A stretch of DNA of 64,000 nucleotides from Candidatus Poribacteria bacterium (GTDB lineage: Bacteria > Poribacteria > WGA-4E > PCPOR2b). Where the stretch lies: positions 4,828,039-4,892,038 of the forward strand of contig OZ242351.1 in assembly GCA_965208675.1 (NCBI GenBank). Reading direction: 5' to 3'. Below are positions 34,710 through 44,957 of the stretch, one piece after another (position 1 is the stretch's first letter; each line of letters starts with the position of its first letter). Both the position numbers and the translations under genes were made by a program. The notes under the pieces were generated by a model that saw nothing but the letters and a program-made list of their open reading frames with translations, was not told the origin of the DNA and searched no databases.

Positions 34710-34895
34710 CTATATCTCTTCGACAGTTTTTAGAATTTTTCTGCCTCGGTAATACCCACAACTTGGACAAACGCGGTGGGACAAAATTGCCACCGAACAG
34801 TTCGGGCATATTGCAAGGAATTTGTCGCGAAGTGCATGATGGCTTCTTCTCATTCGTTTTTTTGACTTTGATGTTCGACGTTTTGGATGTGCCAC
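34710..34895 (-). CDS. rpmF: 50S ribosomal protein L32 (zinc-ribbon type)
   Basis: HPKRRTSKSKKRMRRSH, CPNC...HRVCPSCGYY. Confidence 0.95.
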   Translation of the reverse strand: MAHPKRRTSKSKKRMRRSHHALRDKFLAICPNCSVAILSHRVCPSCGYYRGRKILKTVEEI

Positions 34896-34970
34896 TGTAT
34901 TCTCCGATTTGTTAGAAAAATCAGAATTTCACCTCCTTACTGTTCTAGTATTATGCTTCTGAATATTAGG

Positions 34971-35516
34971 CTATTTACCAACGGCGCGCTTTGAGTCGTT
35001 CAGAAGATTCCCCAATGCTGCAAATGGCGAGGCGACGCCGTCAGGGGTATTACAGCTACAAGGCACTGAATTTCGGTCTTCGCCGCAGTGTGGGCATAAT
35101 CCTTCGCATGATTCTGAACATAGCGGCCAAATTGGAATTTCGAGCAAAAGGGTTTGACGCACTTCATCAGATAAGTCAATGGATTCTCCTGAATAATACC
35201 GTTCGCCGACATCAAGAAGAAAGGGTTCGACGTGCTTGGATTTTTCCGCGGGATAAAATTGTAACTCAATCTTTGCCTCGACATCCGATCCAAACCTTTG
35301 GGTGCAGCGACGACACGCAGCCTCAATTGATGCCGCGATGTCGGCTTTAACATAAACGTCATTCACACGGCGCGCCAATTGGATAATTCCGTTAATCGGC
35401 TGTACAAACTGTGCCTCTTCTACGGCCAAGCCAATTTCCGTTGGAGACACGGGAAGTTCGTGTACATCATAGGAGTTCTCATGAATATCCTTAACCCTGA
35501 ATTCCAACGTTTTCAT
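34971..35516 (-). CDS. yceD: DUF177/YceD family protein
   Basis: CRRC, IDLSDEVRQ, PLCSESCEGLCPHCG, SPFAAL; canonical position upstream of rpmF. Confidence 0.88.
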   Translation of the reverse strand: MKTLEFRVKDIHENSYDVHELPVSPTEIGLAVEEAQFVQPINGIIQLARRVNDVYVKADIAASIEAACRRCTQRFGSDVEAKIELQFYPAEKSKHVEPFLLDVGERYYSGESIDLSDEVRQTLLLEIPIWPLCSESCEGLCPHCGEDRNSVPCSCNTPDGVASPFAALGNLLNDSKRAVGK

Positions 35517-36735
35517 CGGAAGTATTCCCCAACTCAAACCTATCGTGGATTACACGCACAGCGTGTTCAGCCTCCCTGTCATCAATGACACAAGAGATTT
35601 TGATTTCCGATGTGCTAATCATCTGTATGTTGATGCCTTCGTCGGCAAGTGCGCGAAACATACGCGCGGCAATACCGACATGGCTTTTCATCCCGATTCC
35701 GATTGCCGACACTTTGGCGATATTCTTATCTGTACTGATGTTTTGACATCCGATTTTGGCTTTAAGTATTTCAGCGATTTTCAGAGTTGCGTCTAAATCT
35801 TTTTTGGAAACCGTGAAGGATATATCGGTTGTACCTTCATGACTTATGTTCTGAATTATCATATCAATATTGATGTGTGAGTCGGCAATTTCTTGGAAAA
35901 TACGCGCGGCAACGCCTGGGGTGTCCGGCACACCAAGCAATGAAACCTTGGCCTGGTCTTTGTCCGAGGTAACGCCGCTAACAACAACTTCCTCTATCAT
36001 CTCACCTTCCTTTACAACAATTGTACCTTCAGTTTCGGTGAAGCTAGACCGAACACAAAGATTGACGTCAAATTTCTTCGCAAGTTCAACCGATCGGGAG
36101 TGTAGGACTTTTGCACCGAGGCGCGCCATTTCAAGCATTTCATCGTGTGTAATCTGGTCCAGTTTCCGGGCGTTTGAAACGATGCGCGGATCTGCCGTGT
36201 ATACTCCATCCACATCCGTATAAATGTCACAGCGATTGGCATCCAATGTTGCCGCGACAGCGACCGCGGTGGTGTCCGAGGCACCGCGTCCGAGCGTAGT
36301 GATTTCGTTGTCAATCGTAACGCCTTGATAACCCGCCAAGATAACAATCTTTCCCTGTTCCAACTCCGAAAGGATACGCCCTCGATTGATACTCTGAATT
36401 CGCGCCTCACTATAAAAGCCGCCGGTCATGATGCCGACCTGCGTTCCCGTGAGAGAAATTGCACGGTGTCCGAGTTCTGAAACTGCCATGGCAAGCAAGG
36501 CGATCGAAACCTGCTCCCCTGTGGACATAAGCATGGCGAGTTCGCGTTCGGGAGGATTTGCAGAGATTTCATAAGCTAAGTTTTCCAATCGGTCAGTCGT
36601 GTCGCCCATCGCGGAAACAACGACCGCAACACGATGCCCTTCATCACGCGTCTGCACTATTCGTTTGGCGACATTTTTGATTTTTGTTGCGTCCGCAACA
36701 GAAGTGCCACCAAATTTTTGGACTATGATTCCCAC
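35491..36735 (-). CDS. lysC: Aspartate kinase
   Basis: VQKFGGTSV, VVSAMGDTTD, TLGRGASDTTA, two ACT domains, STSEIKIS. Confidence 0.95.
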   Translation of the reverse strand: MGIIVQKFGGTSVADATKIKNVAKRIVQTRDEGHRVAVVVSAMGDTTDRLENLAYEISANPPERELAMLMSTGEQVSIALLAMAVSELGHRAISLTGTQVGIMTGGFYSEARIQSINRGRILSELEQGKIVILAGYQGVTIDNEITTLGRGASDTTAVAVAATLDANRCDIYTDVDGVYTADPRIVSNARKLDQITHDEMLEMARLGAKVLHSRSVELAKKFDVNLCVRSSFTETEGTIVVKEGEMIEEVVVSGVTSDKDQAKVSLLGVPDTPGVAARIFQEIADSHINIDMIIQNISHEGTTDISFTVSKKDLDATLKIAEILKAKIGCQNISTDKNIAKVSAIGIGMKSHVGIAARMFRALADEGINIQMISTSEIKISCVIDDREAEHAVRVIHDRFELGNTSDENVGIQG

Positions 36736-36763
36736 ACGTGCGCCTCTCTACGGTATTGCGGCG

Positions 36764-38086
36764 TTAAAATGCGACTTCGTCTTCGATACGAATCAGTTGA
36801 CTGGTACGCTTGATGGTATCAAGTTTGTCAATCTTCTGCATGGCTGCTTGCATATCTTTCTCGACAGCTTCGTGAGTCACCATAACAATGGAGGCGGTGC
36901 CATCGGTTTCGTGGCGTTCTTTTTGAATCAGCGACGCAATACTGATATGATGGGCGCTAAAAATACTGCTGACCTGAGCTAAGACCCCCGGCTGATCCAA
37001 GGCCATCAGGCGAACATAGTATCGCGTTTCAATTGCATCTATAGGACAAGCTGAAACATCGGATTGTGATTCGGAAAGCCAGCCGGGCGGGACATGAGCG
37101 TCAGTGTGTCCACAGATAGATTTTGCCGAGTCTATTATGTCTGCTACAACAGCGCTCGCCGTGGGCATTTCACCTGCGCCCTGTCCGTAGAAAAGGGTTG
37201 GTCCAACTGCGTCGCCAATGACGCAGACTGTATTGAAGGCTCCGCCAACATTTGCCAGTATACTTCGTACCGGCACCATTGTCGGGTGCACCCTAGCCTC
37301 GATTTTGCCTTTATTCCGTTTGGCAATGGCAAGCAGCTTAATGACGTACCCTAGTTCGTGTGCGTGCTGAATCTCCTTTTGCGTAATTTTCGTAACACCC
37401 TCGGTGTAAATTTCTTTTAAGGGTATGTTAAAACCGTAAGCAAGCGCCGTAAGTAGCGTCAGTTTCTGAGCCGCATCAATGCCTTCAATGTCGAGCATCG
37501 GGTCGGCTTCTGCGTATCCTAGCGCCTGTGCTTCCTGCAACACCTCATCGAAATCAGCACCCTCTTCATGCATTTGTGTCAGAATGTAGTTGCATGTGCC
37601 GTTGATGATGCCGTAGATTGATTGAATACGATTCGCCGCAAAACTCTCCTTCAATGTTTTTATAATTGGTATGCCGCCAGCTGTGCTGGCCTCAAAGTTG
37701 AGGCTGACCCTCATCTTGGAAGCAAGCTGAAAGAGTTCAAAACCGTGTTCTGCTAACAGCGCTTTGTTGGCGGTCACGACATGCTTTCCATTTTGGATAG
37801 CCCGAACTATAAAGCGCCGAGCATCTGTGACTCCGCCAATCAATTCTACCACAATGTCTATATCGGGATTATCTACGACTTCAGCAGGATCTGTAGTGAA
37901 GCATTCTGAGGGCAACTGAAAGCCGTCACTTGATGCCGGTAGTGTGCGTTTTGCAATTCTGGCCAATCGAAGGTGAACTCCCGTGTTCTGAGAAATTAGC
38001 TCATATTGATTGACCAAAATTTTTGAGACCCCTTTTCCGACGGTGCCCCAGCCTAGAAGTCCTACGCTCACGCTTGAACTATCCAC
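36764..38086 (-). CDS. hom: Homoserine dehydrogenase with ACT domain
   Basis: GWGTVG, VTANKA, GIINGTCNYIL, GYAEADP, GAGEMPTASAV. Confidence 0.95.
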   Translation of the reverse strand: MDSSSVSVGLLGWGTVGKGVSKILVNQYELISQNTGVHLRLARIAKRTLPASSDGFQLPSECFTTDPAEVVDNPDIDIVVELIGGVTDARRFIVRAIQNGKHVVTANKALLAEHGFELFQLASKMRVSLNFEASTAGGIPIIKTLKESFAANRIQSIYGIINGTCNYILTQMHEEGADFDEVLQEAQALGYAEADPMLDIEGIDAAQKLTLLTALAYGFNIPLKEIYTEGVTKITQKEIQHAHELGYVIKLLAIAKRNKGKIEARVHPTMVPVRSILANVGGAFNTVCVIGDAVGPTLFYGQGAGEMPTASAVVADIIDSAKSICGHTDAHVPPGWLSESQSDVSACPIDAIETRYYVRLMALDQPGVLAQVSSIFSAHHISIASLIQKERHETDGTASIVMVTHEAVEKDMQAAMQKIDKLDTIKRTSQLIRIEDEVAF

Positions 38087-38437
38087 AGCTCCCTCTTTTT
38101 CCTACAATGGGTGTCATAAGCTATCCAATTTTATCTGATTCAGAAACATCTAAGTTCTAGTAGTTAAATCTTTTGCAATATGGGATTCACACACTTGACC
38201 GACGAGGTATTGTATTTCGACGCAACATTGCAAATGCGGGGCGCGCTGCCCCGCATTCGGTGGAATTAACTGTCCGATAGCAAGTTTAGCCCATAAAAAC
38301 CTTTATCTGTATTAATGCGGCAGAGGAGGAGTTTTAACACGATAACCGTGGAGAACTTAGTCTGTCGGGAAAGAGATTCATGTCACATCAATGCGGCAGG
38401 CTACGACCATCGAATCAAAATAACGACAAGCAAAAAA

Positions 38438-38511
38438 TCGGGGCGACTGGATTTGAACCAGCGACCTCTTGAACCCCATTCAAGCGCGCTTCCGGGCTGC
38501 GCCACGCCCCG
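38438..38511 (-). tRNA. tRNA-Pro (GGG), CCA not encoded
   Basis: Reverse complement CGGGGCGTGGCGCAGCCCGGAAGCGCGCTTGAATGGGGTTCAAG...GGTTCAAATCCAGTCGCCCCGA. Confidence 0.95.
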
Positions 38512-38536
38512 ACAAAATACCACAAAATGTTTATAA

Positions 38537-38565
38537 ATATTAGCATTCATCATAACGACTGTCAA
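38537..38565 (-). promoter_or_regulatory. Promoter of tRNA-Pro
   Basis: Minus strand TTGACA-17bp-TAATAT with an extended TG. Confidence 0.6.
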
Positions 38566-38789
38566 GAAAAAATTGTAAACGTAGAAAACCGTAAAGGTTT
38601 TTGGGAGTGATGTGCCTGCCGATATGGACAATATCGGAGAGGGGTGAAAGAAGTTTCCATTTCCATGTTTTTAAATGGTATAATCTGTGAGAATTGTAGG
38701 AGGTGTTGTATTTCGATGATTCGTTTCAAGTGCGGGGCAAGATGCCCCGCCTGAAGCCGTCGTGCCACGAATTGGCATGAGAGAATTAT

Positions 38790-39581
38790 ATGGTTGCTGC
38801 TTTAGTCTTCGTGCTTGGGTTAGCTATTGGGAGTTTCCTGAACGTGTGTATCTATCGGATTCCGCGCGAAGGGCTTTCCATTAACGTCCCACAGAGATCG
38901 TTTTGCCCTCAATGCCAGACCCCGATTCGAATATTTGACAATATTCCGGTGGTGAGTTTTCTTCTCCTGTGGGGACATTGCAGGGCTTGCAATTCGAAAA
39001 TTTCAATCACCTACCCCATAGTTGAACTGGTTACGGGCGGACTTTACCTCTTGATGTTATTTCGCTTCGGTATTTCGCTTGAATTGCTACACGGTTGTCT
39101 ACTCGTCGCACTGCTAATACCGGTTGCTTGGATTGATGCACGGTGGTATATTATTCCGAACGCAATAATAGTCCTCGGCCTTATTGCGGGTTTGTCAATT
39201 ATAATTGCCATGTCGCACCTTCGGCAAGATGTGAACTTTTTCATTGAGCGTCTGATTGGAGCCATAGCGGGCAGCGCCGCGACAGCGATGATAGGCGTAT
39301 TGGGAGGCATCGTATTTCGCAAACAGGCGATGGGGAGGGGAGATGTCCATTTAATGGGATTGATTGGCCTGTTTCTGGGGGCATGGCCACACCTGCTTCT
39401 TGTAATTACGTCTTCAGCGCTAATCGGTTCAATCGTAGGCGTGACTCTAATCATTTGCGGCGCGAAAGACGGGCCCCAAAGTCCGATACCCTATGGTCCA
39501 TTTCTTGCGCTCGGTGCGGTGCTAGACCTTCTTTGGGGAAGGACGATTTGGTTATGGTATCTGAAACTTATTGGTTGGTGA
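38790..39581 (+). CDS. pilD: Prepilin peptidase (A24)
   Basis: GSFLNVCIYRIP, SFCPQC, NIPVVS, CRAC, MGRGD, IPYGPFLA. Confidence 0.92.
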   Translation: MVAALVFVLGLAIGSFLNVCIYRIPREGLSINVPQRSFCPQCQTPIRIFDNIPVVSFLLLWGHCRACNSKISITYPIVELVTGGLYLLMLFRFGISLELLHGCLLVALLIPVAWIDARWYIIPNAIIVLGLIAGLSIIIAMSHLRQDVNFFIERLIGAIAGSAATAMIGVLGGIVFRKQAMGRGDVHLMGLIGLFLGAWPHLLLVITSSALIGSIVGVTLIICGAKDGPQSPIPYGPFLALGAVLDLLWGRTIWLWYLKLIGW

Positions 39582-39682
39582 CGCGGTTGAACACTGGAGG
39601 CATTGTAGTAGACACACTTCGTGTGCATTAAATTGAAGAGATACGGCATAGCGAGTATGCCTGCTACTTTATGGAATAAACT

Positions 39683-40720
39683 ATGGAACGCAGAAAATTT
39701 ATCAAGATGACTGTTATGGGCGCCGCTGGGACAACGCTGCCGCTGCGTTATCTTGATGCGGTAAATGTCGATTCCGCCTTGCCCGAATATTTTGCGGAAG
39801 GTTCAGAGGCAACGTCGAGAACAAACAGCCTTATACCGTCTTCGATGATCACGCCGACCGGCGAATTTTACGTGCTTCAAATTAGGCGTCCGCCGCACAT
39901 CAAGTCGGCGCACTGGCGGTTGCGGGTTTCAGGTTTGGTGGAAAAGGAACATATATTTAGGTATGCAGATATAACGCAAATGCCATCCGTAACTACGATG
40001 CGGACACTGAAGTGTATCGGCGATTTAATCGGTGTCGAACAGATGAGCAATGCGATGTGGACTGGCGTACCGCTTGCTGACGTTCTTCAGAAAGCAGGCG
40101 CAAAGAAGGAGGCAAGGGTAGTTGTGTTCCGTTGTGCAGACGGTTACCATACGGCTATTCCCCTGGACCGCGCGCTGCGGGAGGAAACACTTTTGGTGTA
40201 CAAGATGAACGGAGAAGCCTTGCCTCAAGATCACGGATTTCCCGTTCGCTTACTCAATCCCGGCCACTACGGCACAAAAAACCCGAAATGGATTGTGGAT
40301 ATCATGCTTGCGGAAAAGCACGAGGGGTATTGGGAAAAGCGGGGATGGGACCCGATCGCGCGCGTCAAATTGGCAACCCTCATCGGTACACCTAGCGATA
40401 GCGAAAAAATCCAAGGCGGGACGGTGTATACGATTAGCGGCGCCGCATTTGACAGTGGAAATCACGACGGCATAAAGAGCGTTGAAGTTAGCCATGATGC
40501 CGGCAACACGTGGGAAGCGGCGGAATTCTGGGCGAGTGACTCCCCACTCGCGTGGTACCTTTGGAAATACACGTGGCACGTACCGAAGAATTCGGGAGAA
40601 ACTGAGATTTACGCTAGAGCAATTGCTAACGACGGGTTAATCCAGCGCGAAAGCGGCTATGATGCCGAACCCGCGGGTGCAGTTGGGTATCACACCGTTC
40701 GTGCTGAAATTGTAGAATAG
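39683..40720 (+). CDS. Tat-exported molybdopterin oxidoreductase, sulfite-oxidase family
   Basis: MERRKFIK twin-arginine signal, TLKC Mo-ligand Cys, WTGVPL, MNGEALPQDHGFPVRL..PGHYG.KNPKW, C-terminal dimerisation domain. Confidence 0.85.
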   Translation: MERRKFIKMTVMGAAGTTLPLRYLDAVNVDSALPEYFAEGSEATSRTNSLIPSSMITPTGEFYVLQIRRPPHIKSAHWRLRVSGLVEKEHIFRYADITQMPSVTTMRTLKCIGDLIGVEQMSNAMWTGVPLADVLQKAGAKKEARVVVFRCADGYHTAIPLDRALREETLLVYKMNGEALPQDHGFPVRLLNPGHYGTKNPKWIVDIMLAEKHEGYWEKRGWDPIARVKLATLIGTPSDSEKIQGGTVYTISGAAFDSGNHDGIKSVEVSHDAGNTWEAAEFWASDSPLAWYLWKYTWHVPKNSGETEIYARAIANDGLIQRESGYDAEPAGAVGYHTVRAEIVE

Positions 40721-40778
40721 CCGCTTTGCGGTTCAACAGGTATGCTATCCTTTGCCGTGATTAACCTGGAGGACTCCC

Positions 40779-41732
40779 TTGAAAATCCTCGTCACCGGAG
40801 CTGCCGGATTCATCGGTTCTCATCTCTGCGATGCGTTGCTGGCGCGCGGCGACGAGGTTATCGCTTTGGACAGCTTTAATGATTATTATACTTCTCACCG
40901 CAAACGTAAGAATGCCGCCGGTATACGGACGTACCCGCGCTGCATCATGTACGAGGAAGATATCCGAAATCGGGATGCCATCGACGGTATCTTTGCCGAG
41001 CACAAACCGGAAGCAGTTGCACACCTCGCTGGCTACGGGGCTGTGCGGTACTCAATAGGGCGAGCATACCTATATACCGAAGTAAACATAGTAGGGTCTA
41101 CCAATCTGTTGGAGGCTGCCCGACAAAATGACGTTGGAAACTTCACATTTGCCTCTACGTCTTCCGTATACGGTGAAACGGAACAGTTGCCGTTCATTGA
41201 GACCGATCCCTGCAACCGCCCGCTGGCGCCCTATCCGGCTAGCAAAAAAGCGGTCGAGGTCATGGGCTACACCTACCACCACCTGCACCAACTCAATTTT
41301 ACAGCGCTGCGCTTCTTTAGCGTCTACGGCCCCCGCGGACGCCCGGACATGATGCCCTACTTGGTCACGGATAACATTGTGCACCAACGTGAGATTGCAC
41401 TTTTCGATGGGGGTCAAATGCGGCGGGATTGGACATATATAGACGACGTTGTTGCCGGAGTGGTGTCTGCGCTGGATAAACCGCTTGGCTACGAAATCAT
41501 CAATCTCGGGCGCGGCGAACCCGTGCTTATGTCAGATTTCGTGGAGATTATCGAATCGCTCGTGGGGCGCAAAGCCATGTTGTCCAACCCCGCCGCGCCA
41601 GCGAGCGAGCCGAAAATCACCTTTGCCGATATTGGCCGCGCACGCCGTTTGTTGGATTACAGTCCCCGCACTGCGGCGGCGGATGGGTTAGCCAAGTTGT
41701 GGGAATGGTATCAGAACGAGGTCATGCGCTAG
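40779..41732 (+). CDS. NAD-dependent nucleotide-sugar epimerase (UDP-glucuronate 4-epimerase-like)
   Basis: VTGAAGFIG, ASTSSVYG, YPASKK, YGPRGRPDM, RDWTYIDD. Confidence 0.85.
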   Translation: MKILVTGAAGFIGSHLCDALLARGDEVIALDSFNDYYTSHRKRKNAAGIRTYPRCIMYEEDIRNRDAIDGIFAEHKPEAVAHLAGYGAVRYSIGRAYLYTEVNIVGSTNLLEAARQNDVGNFTFASTSSVYGETEQLPFIETDPCNRPLAPYPASKKAVEVMGYTYHHLHQLNFTALRFFSVYGPRGRPDMMPYLVTDNIVHQREIALFDGGQMRRDWTYIDDVVAGVVSALDKPLGYEIINLGRGEPVLMSDFVEIIESLVGRKAMLSNPAAPASEPKITFADIGRARRLLDYSPRTAAADGLAKLWEWYQNEVMR

Positions 41733-41766
41733 ACATTGCGATCAGTTTGGTCTGGGGTAGATTCGG

Positions 41767-42558
41767 TTAGGGTGATGCGGCGAGCTCTTCGGTTAAGGAC
41801 TGCAGATCGAATCCTTCTTTGCGAATTCTCAGGTCGTAGTAGAGCATCGTGGTTGCGACGATTTTGAAAGGGGAGGACAGCATTAGCAGAATGGCGAAAA
41901 CAGCGGATAGAAATAGATGATGAAGAAAGAAGAGTTTACCAAAGAGATTCGGCAAGAAAAGGACGCACAATGCCAAGACAATCTCAAGAATGGCTGCTGG
42001 AATAACTATAAGGAAGGTTTTATTGAAGTAGTCTTTGACAACGGTCCGGCTCCGCTTAAGCGCGCCCAAGCCGCCTTCTCCCTCAATCGTTACAACGGGC
42101 GGCGCCATGCAGAACCATACAAAAATGATGATGCCCGGTATCAGGAAAAGCCTTAAGCCAACCGTGATTGCGACTGTGGATAGCGTTAATGTGCCGAGCA
42201 GCGGGAAACCGATATCCAACGCGCGCATGAAAGCTTTTCTAACGTTTAATTCTTTCTCTACAAATTGCCCGGATATGGCAATGGTTCCCACCGCAGTAAC
42301 AACAGCCGATATAAAAAGGAAAACACAGAGCGCCAACGCCACATATAATTCGTGCGCCCCTGCTTCTTGAAGGGGTTCAGTCGGCGGACCTGACGCATCG
42401 TATCGAAATACAAATAAGAAAATAATCAGCCATACAGCAAAGCCCGGGATAACAAGGACGAACAGCTCGTGGAAATTCTGCCGATAATAACGGAGGCTCC
42501 AAGTAATAATCTCAATAGGTGTCATCGGTTGGAGCTTAACGTTCCGGTCTGAATTCAT
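41767..42558 (-). CDS. Integral membrane protein (YciC/GDPD-membrane-domain-like)
   Basis: Multiple TM segments; LIPGI, ALKRS, YYDLRIRKEGFDL. Confidence 0.65.
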   Translation of the reverse strand: MNSDRNVKLQPMTPIEIITWSLRYYRQNFHELFVLVIPGFAVWLIIFLFVFRYDASGPPTEPLQEAGAHELYVALALCVFLFISAVVTAVGTIAISGQFVEKELNVRKAFMRALDIGFPLLGTLTLSTVAITVGLRLFLIPGIIIFVWFCMAPPVVTIEGEGGLGALKRSRTVVKDYFNKTFLIVIPAAILEIVLALCVLFLPNLFGKLFFLHHLFLSAVFAILLMLSSPFKIVATTMLYYDLRIRKEGFDLQSLTEELAASP

Positions 42559-42580
42559 TAACCCCCACTGTCATGCGCAA

Positions 42581-43315
42581 TCATCGAAGCTGATTGAGAT
42601 ATTCCTCAAGTTCCTTATCCCTCGAATCCAAGCGATATGCATTTTCAAGAAGATCCACAGCGGCGTTGCGTTTTCCAATTTTCATGTACAAGGCACCAAG
42701 GTTCATATAAGGTTTGGGATAACTCGGTTTAATATCCTTTGCCTGAAGATAGGCTGACTCCGCTTTCATAAAAAATTCTTTTGTTTTTCCAATGAGAATG
42801 TGGATTTTCGCGTTATTTTGGAATGTATCGGAATGTATACGCGCCCCTTCGGCTCTGGCTTTTTCTTGAATTTCTTTGGTGACTTCGGGGTTATCAGATG
42901 TAAAAACAATGTAACCGGAGCCGGTTTGTGCAATTGCGGTCTGCAGTTCCCGAAGCGCTTCGGCCACGGTCCTACCTGACAAATCAGTGTCCCAAGACGG
43001 CCAATTGGGTCCTGCATGAGCAAGACCAAATTCGTAATAGGTTGCGCCGAGATCATTATGCACGTATGCATTTTCAGGACGCATCCGCAAAGCCACCTTA
43101 TAATGTTCGATTGCTTGTGTATATCTTTTTGCGTTGAATGCGACAGCGGCGAATTCACGCGCCGTTTTAAACTCTTCACTTTCCACGTTTACGGCTTCGC
43201 GATTCACGCCCTCCTCATTGGCGTTCATAAAGACAATAAGCGTTATCATGATGATGAGTGATACACACACGCAGATGACTGTTGGGAGCTGTAAGCGCAT
43301 TTTCTTTCCCCTCAC
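42581..43315 (-). CDS. Membrane-anchored TPR protein
   Basis: N-terminal TM; TPR units AIEHYKVALRMRPENAYVHNDLG and PKPYMNLGALY. Confidence 0.75.
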   Translation of the reverse strand: MRGKKMRLQLPTVICVCVSLIIMITLIVFMNANEEGVNREAVNVESEEFKTAREFAAVAFNAKRYTQAIEHYKVALRMRPENAYVHNDLGATYYEFGLAHAGPNWPSWDTDLSGRTVAEALRELQTAIAQTGSGYIVFTSDNPEVTKEIQEKARAEGARIHSDTFQNNAKIHILIGKTKEFFMKAESAYLQAKDIKPSYPKPYMNLGALYMKIGKRNAAVDLLENAYRLDSRDKELEEYLNQLR

Positions 43316-43404
43316 TTCTATTGAATTGGTGTTCGGTTATCTCTACAAACACCTAATAGGAATTTCAGTTTCGAAATATCGGGTTTTACCACCGCCTGCG
43401 GGTT

Positions 43405-44862
43405 TTAGCGTTGGATTATTAAGTCATACAAGGCGTCACGCTTACCGTCTCTTTCAAAGTGGATTGAAATCCGCTGGTTTTGCCTCAATTCGCTGATCAT
43501 GAGTTTAAAGTCTTCAACCGACCTGACGGGGTTATTACTGATTTGGAAAATGAGGTCGCCCCGTTTCAATCCGCGTCTCGCTAAAGTGCTCCGCCGATTT
43601 ATCTTTGCAACAACAACCCCCAGCTGTCGATATTTCCGTCCAGATTCCAGATCTAGTTGTTCAACGGTAATCCCCCATCCTGGCAACTCGAATCTCCACT
43701 GAAGTTCCTCAATTTTCAGATTAAGATTTTCTCGTTTACCTCTGCGAAAAACCTGAAAAGTGACTGTCTGGTCTTTGTTTAGCAAGCGCGTGATTGACCG
43801 GAATGCCTCCTCCGAATTTAGGATTGGCTGTTGGTTGATTACTTGGATGACATCGCCGCGGCGCATCCCGGCTTTTTTGGCGGGGCTTTTATCATCCACT
43901 GCGCTGACCAGCACGCCGATACTGCCGTCCAATTTCAGGTCTTCCGCGATTTCCTGCGGTAAGTTTTGTACGCTGATTCCAATGTATGGCGGGACGACCG
44001 AACCGTACGCAACGAGATGACTGACTATCTGTTTGGCGTCATTCGCCGGAATTGCGAACCCGATGCCCTGCGAACCTCCGCTGGTTGAAAAGATTGCCGT
44101 GTTGATGCCAATTAGTTCGCCGTAGAGATTAACGAGCGGGCCGCCGCTGTTTCCGGGGTTGATTGAAGCGTCAGTCTGTATGAGATTATGGTAATGCCGA
44201 TTCTCGGTTTTCAGGACGCGGTCTGTCGCACTAATGACGCCGATGGTTACTGTCGGTTTGGGATTGCCGACGGCTAAAGCAAACGGGTGTCCAATGGCAA
44301 TCGCCCATTCGCCAATCATCAAATCATCCGAATTCCCCTGCTTAATCTCTGACAGCTGTGCCGCATCGATTTCTAGGACGGCAAGATCGGAAAGAAAATC
44401 TTCACCGACAATCCTAGCTTCATATTCCCGTCCGTCTGAAAGGATTACTTTGGTTGTATCGGCGTCCTCAATCACATGTTGGTTAGTCAACACATAGCCG
44501 GCTTGATTAAAGATTACACCGGACCCAAGCCCGCGGCGCGGCGTCCGCTGGCGGTACAGAAATGGGGAATCAGAAAAAAATGGCGACCAGAAACCGTCCC
44601 TACGGACATACTCAACGACTTCTCTAACCGTGCTAATGTTAACGACTGCAGGACTTGCGTTTTCCACGGCGTTGACGATTGCACTTCTGCGGGAGTTTGA
44701 AACACTATTCTGTAGGTCAGGTGTCGATTGGCTCCAACCATGTTGTGAAATCGATAGGCAGATTGCGAGGAGCAATGCCCATTTCGTCCAGTATGCATCG
44801 CCAAAAATATGATGTTTTGTTGTCAAATTATCCCGCCTTGATAGGTTTTTGGGTATCGGCAT
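43405..44862 (-). CDS. HtrA/DegP-family serine protease with two PDZ domains
   Basis: LGSGVI, LTNQHV, SDLAVL, IQTDASINPGNSGGPL, GIGFAIP, two PDZ domains. Confidence 0.92.
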   Translation of the reverse strand: MPIPKNLSRRDNLTTKHHIFGDAYWTKWALLLAICLSISQHGWSQSTPDLQNSVSNSRRSAIVNAVENASPAVVNISTVREVVEYVRRDGFWSPFFSDSPFLYRQRTPRRGLGSGVIFNQAGYVLTNQHVIEDADTTKVILSDGREYEARIVGEDFLSDLAVLEIDAAQLSEIKQGNSDDLMIGEWAIAIGHPFALAVGNPKPTVTIGVISATDRVLKTENRHYHNLIQTDASINPGNSGGPLVNLYGELIGINTAIFSTSGGSQGIGFAIPANDAKQIVSHLVAYGSVVPPYIGISVQNLPQEIAEDLKLDGSIGVLVSAVDDKSPAKKAGMRRGDVIQVINQQPILNSEEAFRSITRLLNKDQTVTFQVFRRGKRENLNLKIEELQWRFELPGWGITVEQLDLESGRKYRQLGVVVAKINRRSTLARRGLKRGDLIFQISNNPVRSVEDFKLMISELRQNQRISIHFERDGKRDALYDLIIQR

Positions 44863-44873
44863 AAACAGCCTGT

Positions 44874-44902
44874 ATTATAGCACAGCGGTAAGTTGATTTC
44901 AA
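44874..44902 (-). promoter_or_regulatory. Promoter of the htrA-like gene
   Basis: Minus strand TTGAAA-17bp-TATAAT with an extended TG. Confidence 0.65.
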
Positions 44903-44957
44903 CATCTCCCCGACAGCCGCCTCTGCTTGTTTAATGTACAGACGGAGGGGGTTAATT

